Shown here in pieces: positions 28,861 through 37,458 of a stretch of 53,195 bases of DNA; position 1 is the stretch's first letter, and each line of letters opens with the position of its first letter. A program made the translations under genes and the position numbers. The DNA is from Alphaproteobacteria bacterium. GTDB lineage: Bacteria; Pseudomonadota; Alphaproteobacteria; Puniceispirillales; UBA1172. Below the pieces are notes generated by a model. The model made no database searches. It saw nothing but the letters and a program-made list of their open reading frames with translations, and was not told the DNA's origin. Location of the stretch: the NCBI GenBank assembly GCA_024639485.1, contig JAHEII010000007.1, positions 1 to 53,195 on the forward strand. Direction: 5' to 3'.

Positions 28861-28959
28861 TCCATATATTTAAGAGCAGCCATGTGCTGATGGCTTGTTC
28901 GGTGGGTTGTCAGAATGCCAGAATAGCAGTAATTATGATCTATCGACAAGGAGCATAAA

Positions 28960-30141
28960 ATGAACCAAGTTTATATCGTATCAGCTACACGTTCAGCGAT
29001 TGGCAGCTTTGGCGGCACGCTCAAGGATATGCGGCCGATTGATCTGGGCATCACCATTGCTAAAAGTGCGATCAACCAAAGCGGATTAGACGCATCAGCA
29101 TTACAGCATGCCGTTATTGGTCATGTCATTCATACCGAACCCAAAGATCAATATATCTCACGCGCGATTTCTATTGGGGCAGGTATGCCAGAACAAGCCC
29201 CCGCGCTTACGGTTAACCGGCTATGCGGGTCAGGATTACAATCCATTGTTTCCGCCACCCAGATGATACAGCTTGGTGATGCGGCGGCGGCCATGGCAGG
29301 CGGGGTCGAAGTCATGAGCAAAAGCGGTTATCTTTTGCCAACTCAACGCTGGGGTGCCCGCATGGGAAATGCCAAAGTAGAAGACATGATGCTGGGCGCG
29401 CTGAATGATCCATTTGATATCGGGCATATGGGCATTACCGCAGAAAATGTGGCTAGTGATTTTGATATCAGCCGTGATGATATGGATGCCTTTGCCGCCG
29501 AAAGCCAACGCCGTGCCGCAAAAGCGCAAGCCGAAGGCTGGTTCACAAGCCAGATTACACCTGTTGAAATTGCATCCAGAAAAGAAACGATCAGTTTTGA
29601 TAAGGATGAATATATTCGCGGCGAAACCACTCAGGATAAACTTGGCGGCTTGCGTGCCGCCTTTCAAAAAGATGGCGCCGTAACCGCTGGCAATTCATCC
29701 GGCATTAATGATGGCAGTGCCATGCTGATCCTTGCCTCGGAACAGATGGTTGAACAACATGGACTAAAACCACTGGCAAAAATTGTCAGCTACGGGTTTG
29801 GCGGTGTTCCGCCCCGTATTATGGGAATGGGGCCTGTACCAGCGACTAAAATGGCGCTGGAAAAATCCGGACTTAAAATTAGCGATCTTGATGTGGTGGA
29901 AAGCAACGAAGCCTTTGCCGCCCAAGCCTGCGCCGTATCCAAGGAACTGGGTCTGGCGTCTGATATTGTCAACCCGAATGGTGGCGCTATTGCGCTAGGC
30001 CATCCAGTTGGCGCAACCGGTAGTATCATCATGACAAAACTGGTTTATGAATTACATCGCCGTTCTGCCCGTAGGGGTCTTGCCACCATGTGTATTGGCG
30101 GTGGACAGGGAATTAGCGTCATTATCGATACATCTATATAA
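28960..30141 (+). CDS. acetyl-CoA C-acyltransferase / acetoacetyl-CoA thiolase
   Basis: 393 aa. It has the active-site Cys in VNRLCGSGLQS, the NGGAIALGHPVGATG motif, and the C-terminal CIGGGQG. Confidence 0.92.
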   Translation: MNQVYIVSATRSAIGSFGGTLKDMRPIDLGITIAKSAINQSGLDASALQHAVIGHVIHTEPKDQYISRAISIGAGMPEQAPALTVNRLCGSGLQSIVSATQMIQLGDAAAAMAGGVEVMSKSGYLLPTQRWGARMGNAKVEDMMLGALNDPFDIGHMGITAENVASDFDISRDDMDAFAAESQRRAAKAQAEGWFTSQITPVEIASRKETISFDKDEYIRGETTQDKLGGLRAAFQKDGAVTAGNSSGINDGSAMLILASEQMVEQHGLKPLAKIVSYGFGGVPPRIMGMGPVPATKMALEKSGLKISDLDVVESNEAFAAQACAVSKELGLASDIVNPNGGAIALGHPVGATGSIIMTKLVYELHRRSARRGLATMCIGGGQGISVIIDTSI

Positions 30142-30162
30142 CAGAATTAACAGGAGCTTATT

Positions 30163-31188
30163 ATGCCGGAAACAATTGCCCTCAGTCTGGATACCATCTA
30201 TCAGCTGGCTTATCAGGCGATGCGCGATAATGGCGCAGATCACGATAACGCAGATGCGCTGGCCAATACCATATTCACGGCAGAACGTGACGGATCGGTA
30301 TCACACGGGCTGTTCCGGATGCCGGCCTATATCAAATCGCTGAAATCAGGCAAGGCCAAAGGTAATGCCAGCCCGACGGTTAGCACCCCGACCGCATCAA
30401 TTGTCAAATGCCATGGTGATAACGGTTTTGCCCCTATTGTTCAGCGCGTGGCTATCCCGCATCTGATTAAAGCCGCCAAAGATCAGGGTGTTGCCGTACT
30501 GGCCATGACACATACTCATCACATGGCCGCGTTATGGCCAGAAGTCGAAGCACTGGCAAATGAAAATCTGGCCGGACTTGCTTGCGTATCCTACATGCCG
30601 ATGGTCGCTCCTTCGGGCGCAGGAAAAGCATTTTTCGGCACCAACCCGATTGCCTTTGCATGGCCACGCCCCGGTAAACATCCCATGGTGTTTGATATGG
30701 CTACCGCATCCATGGCCATGGGTGAAGTGCAAGTCGCCAAACGCGAAGGCCATTCCGTCCCCGAAGGAACCGGACTTGATGCTAATGGTAATCCGACCAC
30801 TGATCCGGCAGCTATTGCTGATGGCGGTGTCTTGCTACCGTTTGGCGGGCATAAAGGATCGGCTATCGCCATGATGGTTGAATTGCTGGCAGGCGGGTTG
30901 ATTGGTGAGGCGTTTTCCTATGAAGCCCGTGAACGCGATAATGGTGACGGCGGCCCACCACAAGGGGGGCAATTTATTCTGGCACTAAATCCGGAAAAAC
31001 TCGCTGGTGCTGGCTGGGCTGACCATAGTGATGGGTTTTTTGAACGCTTAACCGGTATGGGTGATGTTCGCTTACCGGGTGGGCGGCGGTTTATCAACCG
31101 GCAGGATACTGGCCCACGTCATATCAATAAGGCATTGATAGATACTATCAGCGCAGATATCACCGACCCGTCGGCTATTCTGAAATAG
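30163..31188 (+). CDS. Ldh2 family (malate/L-lactate dehydrogenase type 2) oxidoreductase, DpkA-like (delta1-piperideine/pyrroline-2-carboxylate reductase-like)
   Basis: 341 aa. ERDGSVSHGLFRMPAY resembles the RDGSHSHG.FR.PGY motif of this family. FGGHKGSAIAMMVELLAG is also family-typical. Confidence 0.75.
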   Translation: MPETIALSLDTIYQLAYQAMRDNGADHDNADALANTIFTAERDGSVSHGLFRMPAYIKSLKSGKAKGNASPTVSTPTASIVKCHGDNGFAPIVQRVAIPHLIKAAKDQGVAVLAMTHTHHMAALWPEVEALANENLAGLACVSYMPMVAPSGAGKAFFGTNPIAFAWPRPGKHPMVFDMATASMAMGEVQVAKREGHSVPEGTGLDANGNPTTDPAAIADGGVLLPFGGHKGSAIAMMVELLAGGLIGEAFSYEARERDNGDGGPPQGGQFILALNPEKLAGAGWADHSDGFFERLTGMGDVRLPGGRRFINRQDTGPRHINKALIDTISADITDPSAILK

Positions 31189-31189
31189 T

Positions 31190-32299
31190 TCAGGCCGCAC
31201 AATCAGCAATATATTCGGCAATCGCCAGACTGGATGTCAGTCCGGGGGAATCCATGGCGTAAAGGGCAATATATCCGGCACAGCCATGGATGCTGGCATC
31301 ATGAAAGGTGAAATCCTGAAAATATGTGCCGTCTGGCCATATCTTTGGGCGCAAACCTGCCCATGCCGGAACCAGGTCTTCACGCTGTAACGCTGGCCAG
31401 TATGTGCTAATCGACTGATGGAATTTTTCCGCATCAGCCGGATTAACGTCATAAGACGGGCTGTCTACCCATGTGATATCAGGGCCAAATCGGGCGCCGC
31501 CGCCGCTATCCAGCGTCAGATGAATACCCAGCCCCCCACCAGATGGAACCGGATAGATTAAATGCTGAAAAGGCGGCTTGCGGGTTGTATTAAAATACTG
31601 GCCTTTCGCCATGTAATGCGGTGGGATGGTATCAACATCAATACCATGAACCGCTTGCGATACCAGATGCGCGCCATGACCTGCGGCATTAATCAGCGTC
31701 TGGCATGCAAATGTCATTTCCTCACCTTGGCTATCAATCACTACATGATATCCGTCTGGCTGTTTTTCGGCACGAATAAACCGGCTCTGATAGGCGATAA
31801 TCGCACCGTGATTTTCGGCATCTGCCTCTAATGCCGCCATATAATTATGACTATCAACAACACCGGTGAAAGGAGAATGGATAGCTGCCACCGCCTGTAA
31901 ATCCGGCTCTAGCTGATGCAATCTGGATTTGCCAATCAATTCCAGATCAGGAACATCATTTGCCATACCAGCTGTCATTAGCGCGTCCAGCCTGGCTTCC
32001 TGTTCCTGATTTGTTGCAACAATCAGCTTGCCATGCTGGCTGGTTTTTACGCCACGCGACGCGCAATATTCATACATCTTATGCGCGCCTTTAACGCATA
32101 GTCTGGCTTTATGCGATGCCGCCGGATAATAGATACCGGCATGAATCACTTCGGAATTGCGCGAGGATGTTTCCATCCCGAATCCGGCATTGCATTCAAT
32201 GAGCACAACCTGATCACCGGCCAGGGCAAACTGGCGGGCGATGGCCAGACCAATAGCACCCGCGCCTATAATTAACCGATCTGTTTTTGCATCAACCAT
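31190..32299 (-). CDS. FAD-dependent oxidoreductase, L-2-hydroxyglutarate oxidase/dehydrogenase-like (LhgO/YgaF-like)
   Basis: 369 aa with the GAGAIGLAIA dinucleotide fold and the SSRNSEVIHAGIYY motif typical of this subgroup. Confidence 0.75.
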   Translation of the reverse strand: MVDAKTDRLIIGAGAIGLAIARQFALAGDQVVLIECNAGFGMETSSRNSEVIHAGIYYPAASHKARLCVKGAHKMYEYCASRGVKTSQHGKLIVATNQEQEARLDALMTAGMANDVPDLELIGKSRLHQLEPDLQAVAAIHSPFTGVVDSHNYMAALEADAENHGAIIAYQSRFIRAEKQPDGYHVVIDSQGEEMTFACQTLINAAGHGAHLVSQAVHGIDVDTIPPHYMAKGQYFNTTRKPPFQHLIYPVPSGGGLGIHLTLDSGGGARFGPDITWVDSPSYDVNPADAEKFHQSISTYWPALQREDLVPAWAGLRPKIWPDGTYFQDFTFHDASIHGCAGYIALYAMDSPGLTSSLAIAEYIADCAA

Positions 32300-32337
32300 A
32301 ACGCCATACTCTACTTAAATGAATGTGAATGAAACTG

Positions 32338-33624
32338 TTACTCACCAGCAACAGGCACCTGACCTTTATAGCCTATCATGACCTCATTTCCCTGATCAGG
32401 ATGATGCGGAACATTAAAAGCCAGCAACAGCGATACAGCCGCCAGCCCAGCCCCTGTCATAAATACAAGCGGCGGCGAATACAACCAGATCAAGCCGAAC
32501 ACCGCTGGTAAAAATACCGCAACAATATGATTAATTGTAAATGCTACGCTGGATGTTCCGGCAAAATCAGCCGGATCAGCAATTTTTTGAAAATAGGTTT
32601 TAATGGCAATCGCCAGCGCAAAAAACAGGTGATCAATAATATAAAGCACCGCCGCAATCGTGGCATTGGAAACAAAAGCATAGGCCGTAAACACACCAAT
32701 CAGGCCAATATATTCAATGATCAGCGACCGGCGTTCGCCTATATTATTAATCATGCGCCCAACCAACGGCGCAAGCCAGATATTCATCACCGCATTAATC
32801 AGGAAAAGAAAAGCAATCTGGCCAATGGAATAGCCAAATTTTTCAACCATAAGAAAACCGGCAAATACGACAAAAATCTGGCGGCGCGCACCAGACATGA
32901 AAATCAGCGCATAATACAGCCAGTAACGCGACCGGATAATAATGCTCTTATTCTGATTGCTACCAATCTGAAAGATGGGAAAATACATATATCCCACCAA
33001 TGCCAGTCCACATGTGATCACCCCGAATACCACATACATGATCTGATAACTGCCAAGCGAGGATGGTACGGCTTCACCAAACACAAGCATGCTAATATCA
33101 AAACCGGGGGTTAACACAACCACCATCAGGAAAATGGCCAGCAATGTGGCCACCTGTGCTATGGATGCAATCCCGTAAATCCGCCCCAGCATGGCAGGCG
33201 CGGTTTTTTTATCTAGCCATTGCATAGCCAGCGATTGATGACAGGTTTCATAATAATGAAACCCGATTGAGGCAATAACCGTTGTGATGTAAAGCCCGAT
33301 AATAGATGGATAATATCCGGTTATTGCGGTGCCAGCACCAAGCAGACCAAGCGCAATTAGCGATAGCCGCTGTTCGCGAATAAATAACAACAAATAAACA
33401 ACAAGAAACGATAGAAAGCCGGGCACTTCTCGCAAGGATTGCAATATGCCAATCTCACGCCCGGTAAACGCGGCTTGTTCGACCGCAAAATTATTAATCA
33501 GTGTTGACCATGATACAAAGCTGATCGGCATAGCCGCCGCCGTGATCATCAACAGGATATGCGGCTTATGATACCAAGCCCGTGTATCGCTTTTATCTGA
33601 ATGAGTAGATTGTCTGGATTCCAT
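32338..33624 (-). CDS. MFS-type transporter
   Basis: 428 aa with about 12 hydrophobic helices and no soluble domain. Confidence 0.6.
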   Translation of the reverse strand: MESRQSTHSDKSDTRAWYHKPHILLMITAAAMPISFVSWSTLINNFAVEQAAFTGREIGILQSLREVPGFLSFLVVYLLLFIREQRLSLIALGLLGAGTAITGYYPSIIGLYITTVIASIGFHYYETCHQSLAMQWLDKKTAPAMLGRIYGIASIAQVATLLAIFLMVVVLTPGFDISMLVFGEAVPSSLGSYQIMYVVFGVITCGLALVGYMYFPIFQIGSNQNKSIIIRSRYWLYYALIFMSGARRQIFVVFAGFLMVEKFGYSIGQIAFLFLINAVMNIWLAPLVGRMINNIGERRSLIIEYIGLIGVFTAYAFVSNATIAAVLYIIDHLFFALAIAIKTYFQKIADPADFAGTSSVAFTINHIVAVFLPAVFGLIWLYSPPLVFMTGAGLAAVSLLLAFNVPHHPDQGNEVMIGYKGQVPVAGE

Positions 33625-33732
33625 ACACTTAATTTATGCTTTTTAATGATGAGTGCCAAGCCCAAAGCGCATGTCATGCCATGCCCCTGTATAATCGCCA
33701 TATCAATGGCTTTATTATTAAAATCAGCTGAT

Positions 33733-34833
33733 ATGAATAACCGATCTATCTCAACTAGCCGCACAAGCCAGTTCATAACCAACGGCATATCGCTGACCGA
33801 AATGCTGGTGGCTATAATATTATTAAGTCTGGTAACCGGATTTGCTTTTACGGCCATATCCACCATGCGGAAAAATTATCTGGTTGAGGCCGCAATAGCG
33901 TCTGACCGTATTAGCACCACCATGGCATTAACCAGCCTTGCCCGACAATATTATGAGAATCCTGATTTTGCCAGAAATGCGCCTGCCGCTTATCCTGTCA
34001 CCGATGATATCGATGATAGCCGCCTGACGATTTTAAGCTTGCGTGGCGGCCAGAGCAGTTATGACGCGTCAGGTGCAGTAAGATGCGTGTTAACCAATAT
34101 TGATACCGGCACCAGTTCAGCGACAATACCAGCGGCTTGTCTGGCCGCCTATCGCTTAACGCCAGATGACGTTATCACGACGTTTCAACATATGGCCCTG
34201 CCAGTTATTTTTCCTGAATGGTCGGCAGAACCCTGTCTGATCAATCAGATGGTCGCAGAACAGAATGTCATCCGCTTTACTGTTTATAACGCGGCTTGTC
34301 TGAGCGCTGGCATCGATGCAGGCCAGCCGTCAAGACAAGCGTTTCATCTGCCGCGATTAGTCGCTTTATCACATAACCGAAAACAAAAGCAGGATATGAT
34401 ACTGGGTGAAGCGGCGGCCAGTGATCATCATTTGGCAAGCCCCGGATTCATCAATCACCCTGTCCGCGCAGATGGCATCTGGATCAATTCCACAAGCACC
34501 CGCCCGGCAGACCGATTTGCTGTCCAGCCGGTTAGTCTGTTCCAATTTGGCGGTACAGCATGGATTTTGCCGCCCTTGATACATGGACTGAGCGCTGTTG
34601 AATTGCATATAGAAAGCCCGACCGACACTACTCTGATCATGCGTGATTGCACACAAGCCGGACAACAGAGCCTGCGTCTGAACGGGCTTACTCCGGCGAT
34701 GCTGGCATCTGTTTTTTATGGATTATGTTTTCAACGCCAAGGCCATGATACGGCTGAGCTGATGATCACTATCAGCGGCGGCAACAGTCAATGGCGGCGA
34801 GGGATCAGTTTCCGCTACATGCCAGCACCATGA
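33733..34833 (+). CDS. hypothetical protein with a prepilin-type (class III signal peptide) N-terminus
   Basis: From the internal ATG the protein begins MNNRSISTSRTSQFITNG|ISLTEMLVAIILLSLVTGFAFTAI. This is a basic leader, a Gly at -1, a Glu at +5 and then about 20 hydrophobic residues. It is a near match to the N-methylation site pattern G-[FYLIVM]-[ST]-[LT]-x-E. The remaining roughly 320 aa, with several Cys, match no family I recognise. The ORF track starts at 33601, which overlaps the divergent MFS gene. Confidence 0.55.
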   Translation: MNNRSISTSRTSQFITNGISLTEMLVAIILLSLVTGFAFTAISTMRKNYLVEAAIASDRISTTMALTSLARQYYENPDFARNAPAAYPVTDDIDDSRLTILSLRGGQSSYDASGAVRCVLTNIDTGTSSATIPAACLAAYRLTPDDVITTFQHMALPVIFPEWSAEPCLINQMVAEQNVIRFTVYNAACLSAGIDAGQPSRQAFHLPRLVALSHNRKQKQDMILGEAAASDHHLASPGFINHPVRADGIWINSTSTRPADRFAVQPVSLFQFGGTAWILPPLIHGLSAVELHIESPTDTTLIMRDCTQAGQQSLRLNGLTPAMLASVFYGLCFQRQGHDTAELMITISGGNSQWRRGISFRYMPAP

Positions 34834-35481
34834 TCAGCTTGTCCCCGCCTGCCAGTCGCCAGCGATAATTTTATCACCTATCTGCCAGTAAGTGCCACGA
34901 ATAACCGCCAGTTGAGAAAACGGCCGGTCAGTTATCACACAGCCCATAACAATATGAACTAGATACGGCGTATCAGACCGATCCAAATCACCGGATACAG
35001 GCACGCGGCCAATCGCCATGATCAGCTGATCACCATGATGCGGATGCGCGGCAGGAGCAATCGTCATTGCGCTCATCCGCGTATCCGGACGGTGCCAGTT
35101 ATCGTCACGGGATAACACATGGCGGCAGGATTCTACCGCTTTTATCTGTTCAGCAGACAGACGATCACCGCGAGTCCAACCCAGCGGTAATCCGGCATGG
35201 GTCAGATACATATCATAAGACAGGCTAAACATATGATGCGCCATAGCCAGCGCCGCCGCCCGTGATTGATGCTGGCGCATCGTGTTTCTGTTTTCTGATT
35301 CCAGATTTAACAGCATCGGCATCATGATCCCGATTACCGCCGAAAGCATGACTACCCCGATTAATGCAAAGCCTGAGCGTGCTTGCGTATCATGGCATCG
35401 GGATATGCAGATGCGATAGATTGATATCAGCAATGCCATGACAATGTCTTTCCACCCATACGGTAAGCAAGCACATATCAT
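34834..35481 (-). CDS. hypothetical protein with a GspK/PilX-like pseudopilin N-terminus (no Glu+5)
   Basis: ...CHDTQARSG|FALIGVVMLSAVIGIMMPMLLNL resembles the RG-x-AL-I/V hydrophobic N-terminus of GspK-type minor pseudopilins. It is the only long ORF in this interval. The start may be the ATG at 35439 (MALLIS...) rather than 35481. Confidence 0.45.
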   Translation of the reverse strand: MICACLPYGWKDIVMALLISIYRICISRCHDTQARSGFALIGVVMLSAVIGIMMPMLLNLESENRNTMRQHQSRAAALAMAHHMFSLSYDMYLTHAGLPLGWTRGDRLSAEQIKAVESCRHVLSRDDNWHRPDTRMSAMTIAPAAHPHHGDQLIMAIGRVPVSGDLDRSDTPYLVHIVMGCVITDRPFSQLAVIRGTYWQIGDKIIAGDWQAGTS

Positions 35482-35486
35482 AGATC

Positions 35487-36317
35487 ATGTATAAGATGTT
35501 TCCATTATCCTTACGGCATCGCGCATGCCGCCTTAGCATCAGGTGCAAATCGCCATATCCGGCCAGCGGTGTATCGCTGATGGAAACGCTGATCTATTTC
35601 AGTCTGTTTTCCATTATCAGTCTGGCCATGATGAGTATTCAAGGCATGTTGCTAAGCACCGGATCAGATATGCGCGATCCCGCACAGAGCCCATTATCAG
35701 ACGAAACCGTTGCCGCTCAATTATCTGTTAACATTCCGGCCGCTAGCCGCCGCGACTTTTGCCAATTCACCCCTGATCCGGCTTTACCCGCCCGATTCGG
35801 CCAGAATATATCTCAAATATGGATACAGATTACCCCAACCGGCCATGAAGCGGCACGCGACTGGCTCAGCTTTGTTGAATATGGTCAGAGTAGCGTTGAG
35901 AACATCACCGAAAATGGCACAACCAGATCACGCATCCGGTATCAGGATATCAGTATAAATGGCAGTATTATCTGGCCGCAAATCACCGCCGAGTTTGATC
36001 CGGCGACTGGCATCATGCAAATCTGTACCGCCGGTTCAGCCGGATGTTCAGCCGCTATGGATATTCCGCGATCCTACACCGCATGGCGCAAAGCCATATC
36101 GCGACTGACTTATCAGCCCCGGCTACCACCGCAAGAGCCGCTTAAACGAGTCATTATATCTGCTGGAATTGCGCCATCCTGCCCTGAAAATAGTGACGGA
36201 TTTTGCGGAATAACTGTCCGGAACAACAACATCACACCGCCATCTGGTCACGCGGCCATACAGTTTGATACCACCGACTGGATGAATATTTGCCGTGTAA
36301 CCGTTTCCAATCCGTAA
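35487..36317 (+). CDS. hypothetical protein with a prepilin-type (class III signal peptide) N-terminus
   Basis: MYKMFPLSLRHRACRLSIRCKSPYPASG|VSLMETLIYFSLFSIISLAMMSI has a basic leader, Gly at -1, Glu at +5 and a hydrophobic helix. The rest is unrecognised. Confidence 0.5.
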   Translation: MYKMFPLSLRHRACRLSIRCKSPYPASGVSLMETLIYFSLFSIISLAMMSIQGMLLSTGSDMRDPAQSPLSDETVAAQLSVNIPAASRRDFCQFTPDPALPARFGQNISQIWIQITPTGHEAARDWLSFVEYGQSSVENITENGTTRSRIRYQDISINGSIIWPQITAEFDPATGIMQICTAGSAGCSAAMDIPRSYTAWRKAISRLTYQPRLPPQEPLKRVIISAGIAPSCPENSDGFCGITVRNNNITPPSGHAAIQFDTTDWMNICRVTVSNP

Positions 36318-36395
36318 ATATTTTTGTAAAATAGTTAATAGAGCATTAAAAAAATAGACCGCCACGGATTTATAAAGACCAACAAGGGAGCGATA

Positions 36396-37406
36396 ATGTC
36401 CAAGCATAAATATGTATCTGGATCATTAAGACGCCGTGCCAGAACTGGCCGGCTTGTCCTGAATCGCCGTGGCCGGATTCTGAATGGAAAATCAGACGCG
36501 ACTGTTTTGAATGATAGTCATCACGAAAAAGCGGTCAAGGAAGTTACTATTGAAGCCGCTGATTCCGCCGTATTAGTTATGGAAAATGATCATAATTTTT
36601 CAAAACTTGATAGCGGTAATTTCATGATATTCAAAGCTGGCAAAACCAGCACAGCTGATCAGATGGCAGACACCAAAAAATCAAAAACCGCACAGCCGGC
36701 CATGGCATCTGCAAAAAATAAAGCAATATTTAGTCAATCTTTACATATAGATAGAAACGATGCGCTAGTATCTGAACGTCTGGATAATCATGTCCAGCCA
36801 GCCGGTAAATCACTAACAAAGGCCGGGATAGAAGCACGGGCAGGGACAGCAGAACCCGTAACCAAGAATAAAAAAGCACCCATAGCGGCAACCGTTGTCC
36901 AATTGCATGCCCCGGATAGAAAAGCCAAACATGACATGCCGACACAGCAGCCATATTCTGATCATCCGGATACAATGACCAATGCCAATAGCGCAGATTC
37001 AAGCCCCAAAATGACACCTGAAATAATACCGGAACAGATAGCTGAAAACCAAACGCCCGATGCAACGCCCGATGCGCAGATATTGGCGCAACTAGAACAT
37101 GATCATGCTGATCAGGATCAGCATATATCAACGGATATGGCACAAGAAGATATGCATCTTTTGCTCGATTCGGAACAGAATTCCTATCATGACCTGACCG
37201 CTGATGATAAAATGCGCATACAGAATTGGGAAATTGGCACAAAAGTCGGCGCAGCAATGGAAACTATCGTTGCCGAAGCCATTGGTGATCAGGTTCGGCA
37301 ATTAACACGCAAAATTATTCGCGATATGCTGGATGAAGGTATTTTGCAGTTGGCTAAGAATACGGATGCGGATGATAACCCCACCGATGAAATAAATAAC
37401 GCCTGA
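36396..37406 (+). CDS. hypothetical acidic, low-complexity protein with a basic N-terminus and a helical C-terminus
   Basis: 336 aa. A good RBS (GGGAG about 8 nt upstream) is present. The N-terminus is SLRRRARTGRLVLNRRGR. A long Asp/Glu/Pro/Thr/Gln-rich middle follows. The C-terminal segment METIVAEAIGDQVRQLTRKIIRDMLDEGILQLAK looks amphipathic. No TM segment. Confidence 0.55.
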   Translation: MSKHKYVSGSLRRRARTGRLVLNRRGRILNGKSDATVLNDSHHEKAVKEVTIEAADSAVLVMENDHNFSKLDSGNFMIFKAGKTSTADQMADTKKSKTAQPAMASAKNKAIFSQSLHIDRNDALVSERLDNHVQPAGKSLTKAGIEARAGTAEPVTKNKKAPIAATVVQLHAPDRKAKHDMPTQQPYSDHPDTMTNANSADSSPKMTPEIIPEQIAENQTPDATPDAQILAQLEHDHADQDQHISTDMAQEDMHLLLDSEQNSYHDLTADDKMRIQNWEIGTKVGAAMETIVAEAIGDQVRQLTRKIIRDMLDEGILQLAKNTDADDNPTDEINNA

Positions 37407-37458
37407 ACGATATTGCGTTCAGACGTTATCCATTACATCAGATATTCGGATAATGTGT

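Noticed and set aside
32527-33114. 195-aa ORF antisense to the MFS transporter
   Set aside because: It is a shadow ORF. Its highly basic, repetitive composition is what the antisense of a hydrophobic membrane protein gene is expected to produce.
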